Source: Nemertoderma westbladi (Eukaryota; Animalia; Xenacoelomorpha). Taken from it: 36,471 nt of DNA. Location of the stretch: contig JAUCBJ010002943.1 of NCBI GenBank assembly GCA_032718475.1, positions 1 to 36,471 on the forward strand, in the 5' to 3' direction. A program made the position numbers and the translations under genes. Position 1 is the first letter of the stretch, and each line of letters opens with the position of its first letter. The notes beneath the pieces are model-generated. The model did not search any database. It was not told where the DNA came from and saw nothing but the letters and a program-made list of their open reading frames with translations. Shown one piece after another: positions 19,749 through 32,422 of this stretch.

Positions 19749-21753
19749 ATGGGTCGGAAATGTTCTGTTGGGAAATGTAGAACCGGCTACGATGCAACTA
19801 AAAAGGATACCGGTACCGGTAGCGATGTTGCTGATAATGTTCTTCAAAAAAAAATGACGCCCACGCCTGTTTATGGATTCCCAAAGGATCAAGGTGAACT
19901 GAAATGGTGGTTGGCTGCACTTCCCAATATTATAGCCGGTATTGCATGTCAACTAATCTCTACAGTGAGATGAGTGATTGTTTAGTACTTCCAAGTCTGC
20001 GGCTTCTGAGAAATCTGACTTCTTCTGTAGCCAAGCAAAGAGCCAATGAGTTTATCACTGCGATATTCAACCATATTGAAGAGTGACAACGTCTCTGTGT
20101 ACTTATTGTGGATGAGATATATATTAAGCCATCAATACAATACCATGGAGGTACAATCTTTGGAATGGCTCAGAATGATGGGAGTATGTTGGCCAAAACT
20201 GTGCTTGCTATTATGGTGAAGTGCCTGTTTGGGGGTCCATCTTTTATCGTAAGAATGATACCATGTAGTGGATTGGACTCTGAATTTCAGTTTGATAATG
20301 TTAAGTTTGTTATGAGAAGTATTGCGGAATCATCAGGGTTTACAGTTGCTATAATCTCGGACAATAATGCAGGAAATAGGAAATAGGAAATTCTTTGCTA
20401 AGTTTATTAAGCCTGATATTAGTATGCCATGGTTTGCCAAGTCTCCTGTATCAGAAAATCCAGTATTTCTATTATTTGATTTTGTCCATCTATTGAAGTC
20501 AATTCGAAATAACTGGTTTACTGAAAGAAGGAAGTGCTTAAAGTTTTATGACGTTCGAGATGAACCACATGGAGAGATATCTTTACAGGCAAAGTGGGGA
20601 GATTTGATTGCTCTATATACCATGGATTCACAGGCTTTGGTAAAAGCATCGGAACTAACTCTGTCTTCCATTCAACCATCGAAAATACAACGGCAGAATG
20701 TCAAGCTTGCTGCCAAAGTTTTCTCAGACAAGACATTAGCTGCCCTTAAAACATTTCCTATTGACAATAATCAGTACGCCTCTGTTGGAACTGTTGTCTT
20801 TATTGAATTGATACTTGAGTGGTGGAAAATACAGTAGTTAATACCAAAGCCCCATCAGCTGGTCCCAGATATAATGATGGAGCTCGATATGTATTCAGTT
20901 CCAAAGCCGACCCACGATTGGACTTTCTGTCTGATATGTTTGCTTCTATGAAGCCTACCTCTAATAAATCATGTGTTGAAACCTTCACAGTGGAAACAGC
21001 TACCTCTCTACATTGGTCAACCAAATGCCTGTGCGATTTAATTCGGCATCTTTTAGACCTACCATCTCCTTATAGCCACAAGTTTGTCCTAACTGGCTTG
21101 TTTCAGAGTGATTTCCTTGAGGAGTTTTTTGGTAAAATTCGCCAAGCCTTTGGTGTATGTTATTACGTCAGCGTTCAGCAAAGCAAGTCTTCGAATTTTC
21201 AGCCATAAACTCAGCCAAAGTGCTGGCCACCTTGCATGCTCTTCCTGACATTTCTGGGCCATCGTCTGAACACAACTGCACCAATTGTTTCTTACCACTT
21301 ACTAAAGATGAACTTGATATTGTTGATATTATTCCCATACTCGTAGATGATCTGAGCGAATCCGAGAAGGCAGTTCTGTTATATATCGCTGGGTATTGCT
21401 CATTTAAATCAAAGATAATCTCGGTGGATAAGCCAACAAGCCTCAGTACTACAGTTGTTGGATACTTTGAGTCTATAAATCGAGGGAGGCTTTCATTGCC
21501 TGACAACAGTTTATATATCTTTGTGTTGTGTTGTTATTCCTTCTTCATGAACGTTCCTAGTAGGGAGTTACTTTGTAGGAAGCGCCTCCTTGCCCTTTTC
21601 AGGTTTGTCAATTCGTATGTGACGAATGATGATGTCACATACAGTAACAAACTTATTCGTATTCTGGTTAATATTTTGATTAACAATTTGAGTAAACAAA
21701 CAATGGATGACTCTGTTTCGGTGCCACAAAAACGTGCTAAATTTAATTTTTAA
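19749..21753 (+). pseudogene. P-element/THAP9-like transposase, internally deleted, with stops and frameshifts
   Basis: THAP start MGRKCSVGKC...YGFPKD...W; RNase H catalytic motifs LIVDEIYIK, IISDN, FDFVHLLKSIRNN, RQNVKLA and QSDFLEEFFGKIRQ; C-terminal LLYIAGY and RGRLSLP. Split over about 6 ORFs. Confidence 0.9.
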
Positions 21754-21808
21754 TAATAATTGTAAACAAACAATTGATGTCCATTTTAACTTCAAATGTG
21801 ATTTAGAT

Positions 21809-22290
21809 TGTCTGTCTGTCTGTCAGTAGAACAAAGGCAGTCTAGATTTCATCAACCGTTAATATTAACCACAGAAATGAAATCACCGACCATAAAAACC
21901 CATACAGCGATAATTTTACATTTGTGGTATGCTTCCTTATTTCTTGACAGACAGACGGACAGAAAGACTGACAGACATACAGACAAGTTTAAAGTCGGTC
22001 TAGATTCCTCTAAACCTGAAAATTAACATCTGAAATGGAGTCACTGACCACAAAAACCCATATTGCAAGAATTTTACATTTGTGGAATGCTTCCTTATTT
22101 TTTGACAGACAGACGGACAGAAAGACCGACAGATATACAGACAGATTTAAAGGCAGTCTAGATTCCCCCAAACCTAAAAATTTACATCTGAAATAAAATC
22201 ACCAACCATGAAACCCCATTTAACGAAAACCTCAGTTTAGTGGTGTGATTTCTTATTTTTTGACTGACAGTCCGACATACAGACAAGTAT
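21809..22290 (+). repeat. Three ~158-bp tandem units with (CAGA)n tracts; Helentron-associated (HINE/DINE-like) appearance
   Basis: Units start AAGKCRGTCTAGATT at 21834, 21992 and 22150, and each ends in GACAGACAGACGGACAG-like tracts; an inverted (TGTC)n run lies at 21809-21824. Confidence 0.7.
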
Positions 22291-23054
22291 ACTCCACACA
22301 GTATACAGCAGCTCCCATGTACCGTTAACGCTTTATTGCATTAGACTACAGTCTAGTCAGTCACTTTCAGTTCTAAAGTATAAACTGTAGCATATTTGCT
22401 ACAAATTTTGAACCTATAACTACATGCAGTACAATTTAAAAAAATGAGTGAATAATTATTTTTTTAATTTTTTCATCAGTTTTTGTATATTTTGAACTAA
22501 TTTGTGCAGGAAAAACATTGCAAAAAAATTTTCAAACATAAAAACGATAATTCATGGGGTAGAGGGTTTAAATTAAAACCCAGTGGTTCTAATTTTTTAG
22601 AAGTCCTAGAAGTTTTCAGCCTAAGCAAATTTCTGCCTTTATTGGGCTGCATGGCCTTGTATAGAGGTCGCCTTGGGGTGTGCCATTGAAAAGTATAAAC
22701 CGAAGTAAAGATTTATTTCATTTAATTTAATCATAACAATTTTTATTTACATAATTATATAATTTATTATATGAATTAACTTGCATGCATACACGAACAA
22801 CCTATAATATAAATTCCTATAAATGGATATAACAACACCAACCGGAACACGATTTTAATTACGTAATTAGAAATGTAAATAATGCTATATAAATATATTA
22901 ATTACTTTGACGTGGGTTGGGTAGGGCACTAAATGTGCACAATTACAGTAATTGACGAAACAAAAACAAAACTATAGAACAGAGCATATCCAAACTTGTA
23001 GATACATATAAACCACATAGATTTAGAAATAATCACAAAGCTAATAAGTGTACA

Positions 23055-23696
23055 AAGCTAATAATTAATGTTGATGGAAACTTGACAACCATTGATAATA
23101 ATCAACTAAGGAAGGTCGATGACTTCCAGTACCTTGGATCATGGATAGAGAGTAGCAAAAAGGACATAGAAGTTAGGAAAGCAAAGGCTTGGGTAGCTCT
23201 ATCAAAAATGGATACCATCTGGAAATCAGATCTCTCCAGGCACCTGAAGACTAAGTTCTTTCAAGCCACAGTGGAAAGTGTATTCTTATACGGGGGTGAG
23301 ACCTGGACACTGACTAAGTCACTTGAACAACGAATTGATGGTTGCTACACAAGACCACTAAGGGCAGCCCTAAACATCAGCTGGAGACAACACATGACAA
23401 ACGCCGAGCTTTATGGTACAATACCACCTGTCTCAACCACCCTCCGTGAACGCAGATTAAGATTCAGTGGGCACTGCTGGCGAAGTAAAGATGAGGTCAT
23501 ACCAGATCTACTTCTCTGGCAACCAACTCATGGAAAGCGTAGTCGTGGACGACCGGCCATAACATATATAGATCAACTTGAAAGGGATACTGAACTTGGG
23601 AGAAACGAAATTGCGACAACTATGGAGAATCGGGAAGCCTGGAAGGATCTCATTTCCACTGTCCGAGTTCGCTCGACCTAGTAGTAGTAGTAGTAG
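23055..23696 (+). mobile_element. 5'-truncated RTE-clade LINE with (TAG)n tail and 13-bp target-site duplication
   Basis: The ORF 23082-23681 has FQYLGS, WKSDLSRHLK..FF.A.VES.FLYG.ETWTLT, RRLRFSGHCWR and RGRP, the RTE ORF2 C-terminus. The TSD TAATAAGTGTACA lies at 23042-23054 and 23697-23709. Confidence 0.93.
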
Positions 23697-23719
23697 TAAT
23701 AAGTGTACACGATATTAAC

Positions 23720-24764
23720 TGTAGAGGAGGGTACTTTCTCCTGCGCAAAGCAAAATCTAATCATGAGTATTATTTTACTGTAACTCGTAACTCAAAGAAA
23801 ATGGACCTTTTTCGTAGAAATCCTACATGGGCATTTTGGAGTTAACCCGGCAAGAAGGCTTGGCTCATTGGAAGTGTATTTCGGTAAAGCTCTACAGTAT
23901 AGTATGGCTCTGTTTAAAGCATAACCCGGCCAAGACGACAGACATTAGCATGGGAACACTAGCACACCATATAATCTTTCCCCTATTCATTTCAATGGTA
24001 GCCTTTCCCTCACTGGTAGTAGACCATTGGCTAGCTTTATGCTATTGTGTTATACAGAGACAGCGGCAGGATAAAGAGGAATACAGACCTCACTAATAAT
24101 GGGCTGATCCCAATAATAATAATGCAGCATATAAATGACTTATGTGATAGTTATTATGCGTATCCAAGATTATAGACTTGACCTTGACTCTTGTTTGAAT
24201 GGAATGTACTGGTATATATGATAGTGATGCTAAAATATACAGTAATACTTAATTACAATATATACTGGTAACGTAATATGCAATTTTTTTAGGATAGATA
24301 ATACCACTGCAAACTGGTATATGCAATACATTAATAATGCAATATATTACTAGAGTATACTATAGGATAGTGCAGCAATAATGTTATAATACTGCCTTAT
24401 ATTAAATAAGCTTGTGATATACGTCATGTTATATGGCCTATTCAACTTTTGAGCTTCCAAGTTTTGTTAAAAATAATATGGAGTGGCAAACTAGCCCTTA
24501 ACCATGCTTACATTGCCAGTGATATAGTAGTAATATTGATTGGCAAAGTCACCCACTTATTAGGGTTACTTTGACACCCCTGAAAATTTTTAAAAATATT
24601 ACCATTATGTGGAAATTTTGGGTTTTATGCAAATCCACATACATATATCAAATGGCTAATATTCCTTCAAGTTATTTACAAACAGTAGAAACGCAAATCA
24701 CTAATATCCTTGAATATATGATGAAGTTAATAATAAAAAGTGGCAAAGTCACCCGCACCTACGG
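23720..24764. mobile_element. Putative non-autonomous Tc1/mariner-pogo-type element
   Basis: The right end reverse-complements to TA|CCGTAGGTGCGGGTGACTTTGCCA, and the motif TGGCAAAGTCACCC recurs at 24541. The left candidate CTGTAGAGGAGGGTACTTT matches about 15/20. The right end is better supported than the left. Confidence 0.35.
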
Positions 24765-26248
24765 TACTACTAATAATACTAGCAACACAGATTTTGTTGT
24801 CTCCAAATTGCGAACAATGGTTCAAGATTATTCTGCCAATGGATCCTTCTTGGTATTGTGGGCGCAAATGTTCCCCAAAGCGATACAGAGTCGAGGCAGA
24901 GACCTGTCAACATCAATTACAGTTATTCGGATGGGGGGGGGGGGGGGGGGGGGGGGGCACTTTGAGGGTGGAAACGTCCTTGACTCGCGTGGCATACACC
25001 TCTCGGCCATGGGCCAAGGCAAGTTATATGCAACACTACAGCACGCCCTTTTCACTGTTATTAAACCCTCACTATAAAATATAATCGCACTATTATATAA
25101 TATCTGAGTGGCTCTTATAATATAAGTAAGAGCCACGAAATCAAATAATGAAAACAGCAGACGACTGACAGCAGACAACCCGAGCGTGGGGGTGTGTGTT
25201 GGGGTGGATGGAGGGTGGTGTATGGGGTGGAGGTGCGGGTGAGGGTAGTGTAAGTATCACAAGAAAAACACAACAATTACGATTACAATGACATAAAAGT
25301 CTTACAAGATGCATAGAAATGTCACTAATCATAAGTCTTAACTAATGTTACAAACAGGATACAAGTAGCACAGGTAAAACGAAAGCATTATGAGTTGGAT
25401 ATAAGAGTTACATGTTACATAGAAGACTTACAAGGGGGGGGGGGGGGGTCTGCACTACATTATAGTAATCAGTATAGTAAAATGAAACTTGGAAACTTTT
25501 CTATTTTAAAAAATGTAATATTTTTGGACCTGAATCTGGTTGTACTTGCCCTTTTATATAATAAGGATTGACTTGCCCTTTTTTATAATTTGGATTGACT
25601 TGCCATTACTGCCATTACCAAATTCTTAAGAACAGTATATATATATGGACCATCACTAGACATTACATTAACTTAATTAGTAAGTACATGCAATGCCCTG
25701 ATATGCCTCAAATACACAGGTGTAATACCTGAGTGTAGGCTAGTTAAACTTACTTACATAAACTTACCATATTTAGTGTGCTACAGTAGTATAGTAGACC
25801 TACCAGTACCGGCATGATGAATATAAAACCTGAAATCATAAAGACTAATTTCTACAAATTGGTACCCTGAACCTAGATATAGGCTAGTTAAACATACTTA
25901 CAGATTCACCTTACCATTAAAAAAATTTGTTAAATGTGCTTTTGGTCCAAAAGTTAACATTTTAGGAATAATATTAAATCGGCAATAAAATTGAACAAAT
26001 TGCTACCATGTCAGGAATTACCCTAGGTAGGCTAGAAACCTATTTCAAATGATAACTGTCTGCAACACTACTTGAAGCTGTAATACTGTAGTAAACAGTA
26101 TACTAAGATTGGACTATGAAATAGTTCTGTTCTGTTCAGACAGACAGACAGGGGGGTGATATTTAGGTATTACTAACAAGTTGAATAGTTAATGGAAAAA
26201 ATGGTCCCTCATTCATGTCAGAAACGAAAACAAGTCGGAACAACAAGT
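24764..26248 (+). repeat. Dispersed direct repeat B, copy 2; the SGNH-like fragment is in frame here (to 25077)
   Basis: Colinear with 883-2638; the G25 tract at 24933-24957 keeps the frame. Confidence 0.95.
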
Positions 26249-26619
26249 ATCCGCCATAAATCATATCAAGAAATTTGGCATTGCCTCATGACCAACCCAA
26301 AAGATAAAAAAAAACAGAAAAAACTGGCCCTGAACCCTATGTATTATTTGTATATATCAAACAGCACAGATGATGAAGAAGAAATATTGGATCAAGATGG
26401 CTCGGCAGATGGTTGTAGTGAAGATAACAGGCAATAAGAAGTTGAGTGTGGAGAAGAGGCTTTATTGTCTTGTGTGCTCCTGAGGAAGGGCAGTACTTTT
26501 TGGCCTGCACGAATTGAGGTGCCTCCTGTGGGGGCAGCTGCTCCAAAGCCAATAAATTATAAAGATTATTTTAAATGGGTATTTTTCTAGGCTTGAACAA
26601 TTACGCATGGATTAAACAT

Positions 26620-27310
26620 ACATCCAGTGACTACATTTTCAAAAAAAAAATTTCATAAAATCTAATAACATCTGGAAAAATGGAGAACATCTACAATGAT
26701 GGGGTCTGGAAGACCAAGTAGGTTTTCAAAAGAAGAAGAAGATGCTTGGTCTCAGTTGTGAAATCCTTTACAGAGTTTGGATTTCCACTAGGGAAATGTG
26801 AATTTTTGGACTTAACGGAATCTTATATAAATAAGATAGGAAAAGAAGTTCTCTTTCCGAAAACAGATGGGCGACCCGGTGAGGAGTTCGTCTTTTCATG
26901 AAGCACTGGAAATGTGAGTTATCAATACGTACCCCTGAATTGCTCACGTTGTCGAGGACAATGGGCTGCAATCGCACAGTAGTCGAAGCATGCTTTGCCC
27001 TTCTGAAAAAATATATTGATAATCTTGGATTGGCAGATAGGCCAGCACAAATATTAAGTGTTGATGAAAGTGGAATGGGAACCAACCCAAATCGAAAAAA
27101 TATCATTGCAAAGAAAGGAGCCAAAAATCAAACTAACATTATCCCTGGGTCAGGCAAGGAGCAAATACACAATCCTCTCTACTGTGAGTGCCTCACCGTA
27201 AAATTACCCACCGCACATTGTTTATCAAGGAAATAATTTATATGGGGAATGGATGGAAGCGGAAGGTGGGCCACCAGGCGCCTTACATGGTGTTAAATAG
27301 ATGGATGAAA
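26620..27310 (+). pseudogene. pogo/Tigger-like transposase fragment (CENP-B HTH plus start of DDE_1); partial second copy at 28863-29310
   Basis: GSGRPSRFSKEEE, FTEFGFPL, ELSIRTPELLT..R, ILSVDESG, GSGKEQYTIL, PPHIVYQG and GGPPGALYG, with frameshifts and stops. Confidence 0.85.
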
Positions 27311-28861
27311 CTACCAGTGTCTATAATGAACATATAATCAAACATCTGGTAACTCTTGGTTAGCAAGAAAATTTACTTTTATTTACTTATTTTATTTTTA
27401 TTTTATTATTATTTACTTTTATCCTTAGGATATAAGTATAAGATAAGATATAGGTATAAGATATAAGTACTCACCTCCCTTGCAAGCCTCCCTGTGATCG
27501 TCCTGTATGTCTTGTCACAACAGTAGTATATAGCCTACAACATTCCCCTAACGGTACTGTATAAATGATATACATTCAATGTGCTGAACATTGTCATTTA
27601 GGAATTGTTAAAATACAGTACTCATCCCCCTTCTACGCCTCGCTGTGATCGTCCTGTAATCTAGTGACAACAATAATATATAGCCTAAATGGTTCTGTTC
27701 AAATCATGTATCTTACACAACTAAAAAAAACTTGTATTTCTTTCGTATGACCTTTCAATCAAAAGTGAGATTTTGTGAAAACACACACCTTCAGCAGGTA
27801 AGTGTCATCACACTGCGCATTATGCTATCTCACTTCATGAAGGCCTTTGATTTATACACAGAGTCATAGATATTATTGCACAAAACATCTAGATGAACCT
27901 TTGCAAGCCTCGCTGTGATCGTCCTGTGTATTTAGTTACTACAATAGTAGCTAATAGCCTGCAACAATTCCCCTACTGGTACTGTTCAAATTATATATCG
28001 TTCAAACAATGTGGGAAACCTGATGTGTAACCTGATTATAGTTTAATTAATATAATACAGTAACATATTATCATAGAGATACAATTGTGCTGTATTTTAG
28101 ATGTGATATAGATATGGATAGATCCTTCCCCTTCAGTGTGCTCCATGGTTGTTAATCGTATGATATGTATGGCTTCCCCTTTTTCCTATTGTTTTTATAA
28201 ATCTCATCCATGCAAGATATTAATTGATACAGGAGCAACAGGAAACTTGATTTCTCTTTCATTTGTAAAGTTATCTGGTATGCCAATGAAGAAATCACAA
28301 CAAACAGCAATGCAAGTCAATGGAAAATTGAATATTTGCGGTGAAGTCTCAGTCTTACTTTCATTTGGGAATGTTGATCTGAAGTTGGAAAGGCGGTGTT
28401 CCATTTTGTTGTACAAATGGTATAGAAGTTTCATTACAATCGCGTCATATTAATATCCAGGGCAACAAATTTCCATATGGGACAGGTATTCAATTGCCAG
28501 TTCATCTCAATCACTCCCAACCATACTTATTGCGGAATATAGAACCAACTGTTTTATACCCAGGGGAATATTTACAGCAACAATCAGATAATCTGTCCAT
28601 ATTTAATAATGAAGAGGTTGCCATTGAACCAAAAAGTGATTCACCATTAAATGGCACATGGCCACATATTAATATTTCACGCGTCATTGAATCGACTGTT
28701 CGCATTCCCAATATGAGTAATGAACCTATTAATTTAACACGATCTCAACATATTGCTTACATACATCGAGTCTGTCCACCAAAGGATGTTGCTTCTACTG
28801 ATAAGAGTATTAGTAGTTATAAATTTCCCACAAAGTTGAGTCAAACAAACCAGGAATTTTT
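26852..28861 (+). repeat. 2.0-kb tandem duplication, copy 1
   Basis: Starts TCTTTCCGAAAACAGATGGG and ends CAAACAAACCAGGAATTTTT; repeated immediately at 28863-30900. Confidence 0.95.
28120..28861 (+). pseudogene. Ty3/Gypsy aspartic protease plus dUTPase-like fragment, frameshifted copy
   Basis: ILIDTGATGNLIS; an ~41-bp deletion at ~28388 relative to the copy at 30131-30950. Confidence 0.8.
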
Positions 28862-28862
28862 A

Positions 28863-30900
28863 TCTTTCCGAAAACAGATGGGCGACCCGGTGAGGAGTTC
28901 GTCTTTTCATGAAGCACTGGAAATGTGAGTTATCAATACGTACCCCTGAATTGCTCACGTTGTTGAGGACAATGGGCTGCAATCGCACAGTAGTCGAAGC
29001 ATGCTTTGCCCTTCTGAAAAAATATATTGATAATCTTGGATTGGCAGATAGGCCAGCACAAATATTAAGTGTTGATGAAAGTGGAATGGGAACCAACCCA
29101 AATCGAAAAAATATCATTGCAAAGAAAGGAGCCAACATTATCCCTGGGTCAGGCAAGGAGCAATACACAATCCTCTCTACTGTGAGTGCCTCACCGTAAA
29201 ATTACCCACCGCACATTGTTTATCAAGGAAATAATTTATATGGGGAATGGATGGAAGCAGAAGGTGGGCCACCAGGCGCCTTATATGGTGTTAAATAGAT
29301 GGATGAAACTACCAGTGTCTATAATGAGTATTTCAAACATCTGGTAACTCTTGGTTAGCAAGAAAATTTACTTTTATTTACTTATTTTATTTTTATTTTA
29401 TTATTATTTACTTTTATCCTTAGGATATAAGTATAAGATAAGATATAGGTATAAGATATAAGTACTCACCTCCCTTGCAAGCCTCCCTGTGATCGTCCTG
29501 TATGTCTTGTCACAACAATAGTATATAGCCTACAACATTCCCCTAACGGTACTGTATAAATGATATACATTCAATGTGCTGAACATTGTCATTTAGGAAT
29601 TGTTAAAATACAGTACCCCTCCCCCTTCTACGCCTCGCTGTGATCGTCCTGTAATCTAGTGACAACAATAATATATAGCCTAAATGGTTCTGTTCAAATC
29701 ATGTATCTTACACAACTAAAAAAAACTTGTATTTCTTTCGTATGACCTTTCAATCAAAAGTGAGATTTTGTGAAAACATACACATTCAGCAGGTAAGTGT
29801 CATCACACTGCGCATTATGCTATCTCACTTCATGAAGGCCTTTGATTTATACACAGAGTCATAGATATTATTGCACAAAACATCTAGATGAACCTTTGCA
29901 AGCCTCGCTGTGATCGTCCTGTGTATTTAGTTACTACAATAGTAGCTAATAGCCTGCAACAATTCCCCTACTGGTACTGTTCAAATTATATATCGTTCAA
30001 ACAATGTGGGAAACCTGATGTGTAACCTGATTATAGTTTAATTAATATAATACAGTAACATATTATCATAGAGATACAATTGTGCTGTATTTTAGATGTG
30101 ATATAGATATGGATAGATCCTTCCCCTTCAGTGTGCTCCATGGTTGTTAATCGTATGATATGTATGGCTTCCCCTTTTTTCTATTGTTTTTATAAATCTC
30201 ATCCATGCAAGATATTAATTGATACAGGAGCAACAGGGAACTTGATTTCTCTTTCATTTGTAAAGTTATCTGGTATGCCAATGAAGAAATCACAACAAAC
30301 AGCAACGCAAGTCAATGGAAAATTGAATATTTGCGGTGAAGTCTCAGTCTTACTTTCATTTGGGAATGTTGATCTGAAGTTGGAAGCACTTGTTGCTGAA
30401 CATATGGATAATGACAGAGACATCTTAGGCGGTGTTCCATTTTGTTGTACAAATGGTATAGAAGTTTCATTACAATCGCGCCATATTAATATCCAGGGCA
30501 ACAAATTTCCATATGGGACAGGTATTCAATTGCCAGTTCATCATCTCAATCACTCCCAACCATACTTATTGCGGAATATAGAACCAACTGTTTTATACCC
30601 AGGGGAATATTTACAGCTACAATCAGATAATCTGTCCATATTTAATAATGAAGAGGTTGCCATTGAACCAAAAAGTGATTCACCATTAAATGGCACATGG
30701 CCACATATTAATATTTCACGCGTCATTGAATCGACTGTTCGCATTCCCAATATGAGTAATGAACCTATTAATTTAACACGATCTCAACATATTGCTTACA
30801 TACATCGAGTCTGTCCACCAAAGGATGTTGCTTCTACTGATAAGAGTATGAGTAGCTATAAATTTCCCACAAAGTTGAGTCAAACAAACCAGGAATTTTT
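28863..30900 (+). repeat. 2.0-kb tandem duplication, copy 2
   Basis: Colinear with 26852-28861; has a 12-bp deletion in the pogo part (~29135). Confidence 0.95.
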
Positions 30901-30945
30901 CTCAAGCCTAATTAGTATTGATCCTGATTTACAATTAACTGCTAT
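30115..30945 (+). pseudogene. Ty3/Gypsy pol fragment: retropepsin plus degenerate dUTPase-like domain, truncated before RT
   Basis: DTGA catalytic motif and DILGGVPF; then TVLYPGE...IEP...VRIPNMSNEPINL..QHIA (dUTPase-like spacer domain) and ISIDPD. No RT, RNase H, integrase or LTR follows. Confidence 0.8.
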
Positions 30946-32422
30946 ACAAATATGCAACATAATAGAAATAATAGCAATAATACAAATAGGCAACAATACT
31001 GCGTTTTGTATAATTCGGCCTATTGATGACCAAAATTGTGTCAGTCAGTCAGTCAGTTGCCTCCGAGTCCAACAAAGTCCCACAAAAAGCAGGTAGTCAG
31101 ACAGTTACTTGCGCCATAGCCATGAAACAAAAGCGAGTAGTCAGCAGTGCAGTAGTGCTAGTGATATAGTATGTCAGTAGTATCAATAACCATGAAATAT
31201 TACCAGTGGGCCTATGCGAGATCTCAGTCAGTCAGTAGGATATATAGTGAATAACCCTAGTAATCAATGTTGTTCAGTAAATCGTTACTACGGCACTACT
31301 AAATCAAACTCGATTGATCAGATAGTCAGGTAGAAAAGCAGAAAGACAGATATACTGGTTGGAGGGTCCGATAGCGGTTTAGGCTACTGGCAGACCGGTA
31401 CCACAGCAGTCTGACAGTATTTAATAATGGGGGTATAATATGTATTAATAATATAAAAGAGCCGTGGTCTCACTTATGACACCCTTTGCACCTCTCTGTG
31501 ACACTTACACAACACTGATGACTCATTGTGTGTCAGGGTGCTAATCAGTCTGATTAATTAGGATAATCAATTAAACCCCTAACTAGGAGTCATAAGACAC
31601 CTACTAGGGTTTAATTGTACTAATTAATTGATAACACCTATCAATTAGGGTCTAATTAGCCTAATTGGGAGGTGTCACCCAGACAGTCTGGCGCCAATGA
31701 CACCCATAGGGTGACATTGGGTGTCACCCAGGCAGTCTGGCCCCAGTCAGTGGGGTCTAAGTGTCGCAGAGCCGTGCAAGCCTATTCTACTAACATTATA
31801 CCATGCGTTACACCATTTAATAATGAATAATCATTTCCTATTAATTAACTATGTACAACATAATACCGTGCGTTACACCGTGTAATAATAATACACCGAG
31901 AAAGAATATCAGAAGAAAGTATGCAACAGTAGCAAAATTATCAAAAAATGGCAAGGTGCCATTCTGCAATGATATTATTAGTTGGTAATTCTGCTATCTC
32001 ATTTGGAGTAAGTTTATCCAATTGTGTTGCCCTAGTTTCACCTTCTCCAAAGCCATACTCTTGGCTGCACTGTAAGTTTATACTAACTCAGGCTTCTCTC
32101 TACACATTGCAATTAATAACAATCTTTCTATCTCTGATTCTGGTTCAATAATTGTCAGATTTCTGTAAGGAACATGAAACTTTCAAGAGTTTCTAAATTT
32201 CCAAACTTTAGATCTTCATAAAGCTTGGGAAAGATATCCAAAAGATATCTTTGGGAAGATGGTTCAATATAGTTAAGAAATGGGAAACTCACTTTATAAG
32301 TAAAGTAGAACAAATAATATAATTTCAGTTATAAAAAGCTCTCTGTCAAGGAAGACCTGGCTAGACCTTGTCAAGATGTTGATTTTGTAAATGAGTTTCC
32401 CGAAGTAGGACATTCAAATACT

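Noticed and set aside
24571-24763. N-terminal part of the 168-aa ORF
   Set aside because: It lies in a transposon-end region outside the duplicated esterase-like fragment and starts with TTG; chance read-through.
883-26248. Giant LTR retrotransposon with repeat B as LTRs
   Set aside because: No TG..CA ends, TSD, PBS/PPT or internal gag-pol; the interior is a mix of unrelated elements.
30131-31096. Intact 321-aa protease gene
   Set aside because: GTG start, a truncated Gypsy pol piece whose last ~50 codons run into unrelated low-complexity DNA, and a frameshifted twin copy.
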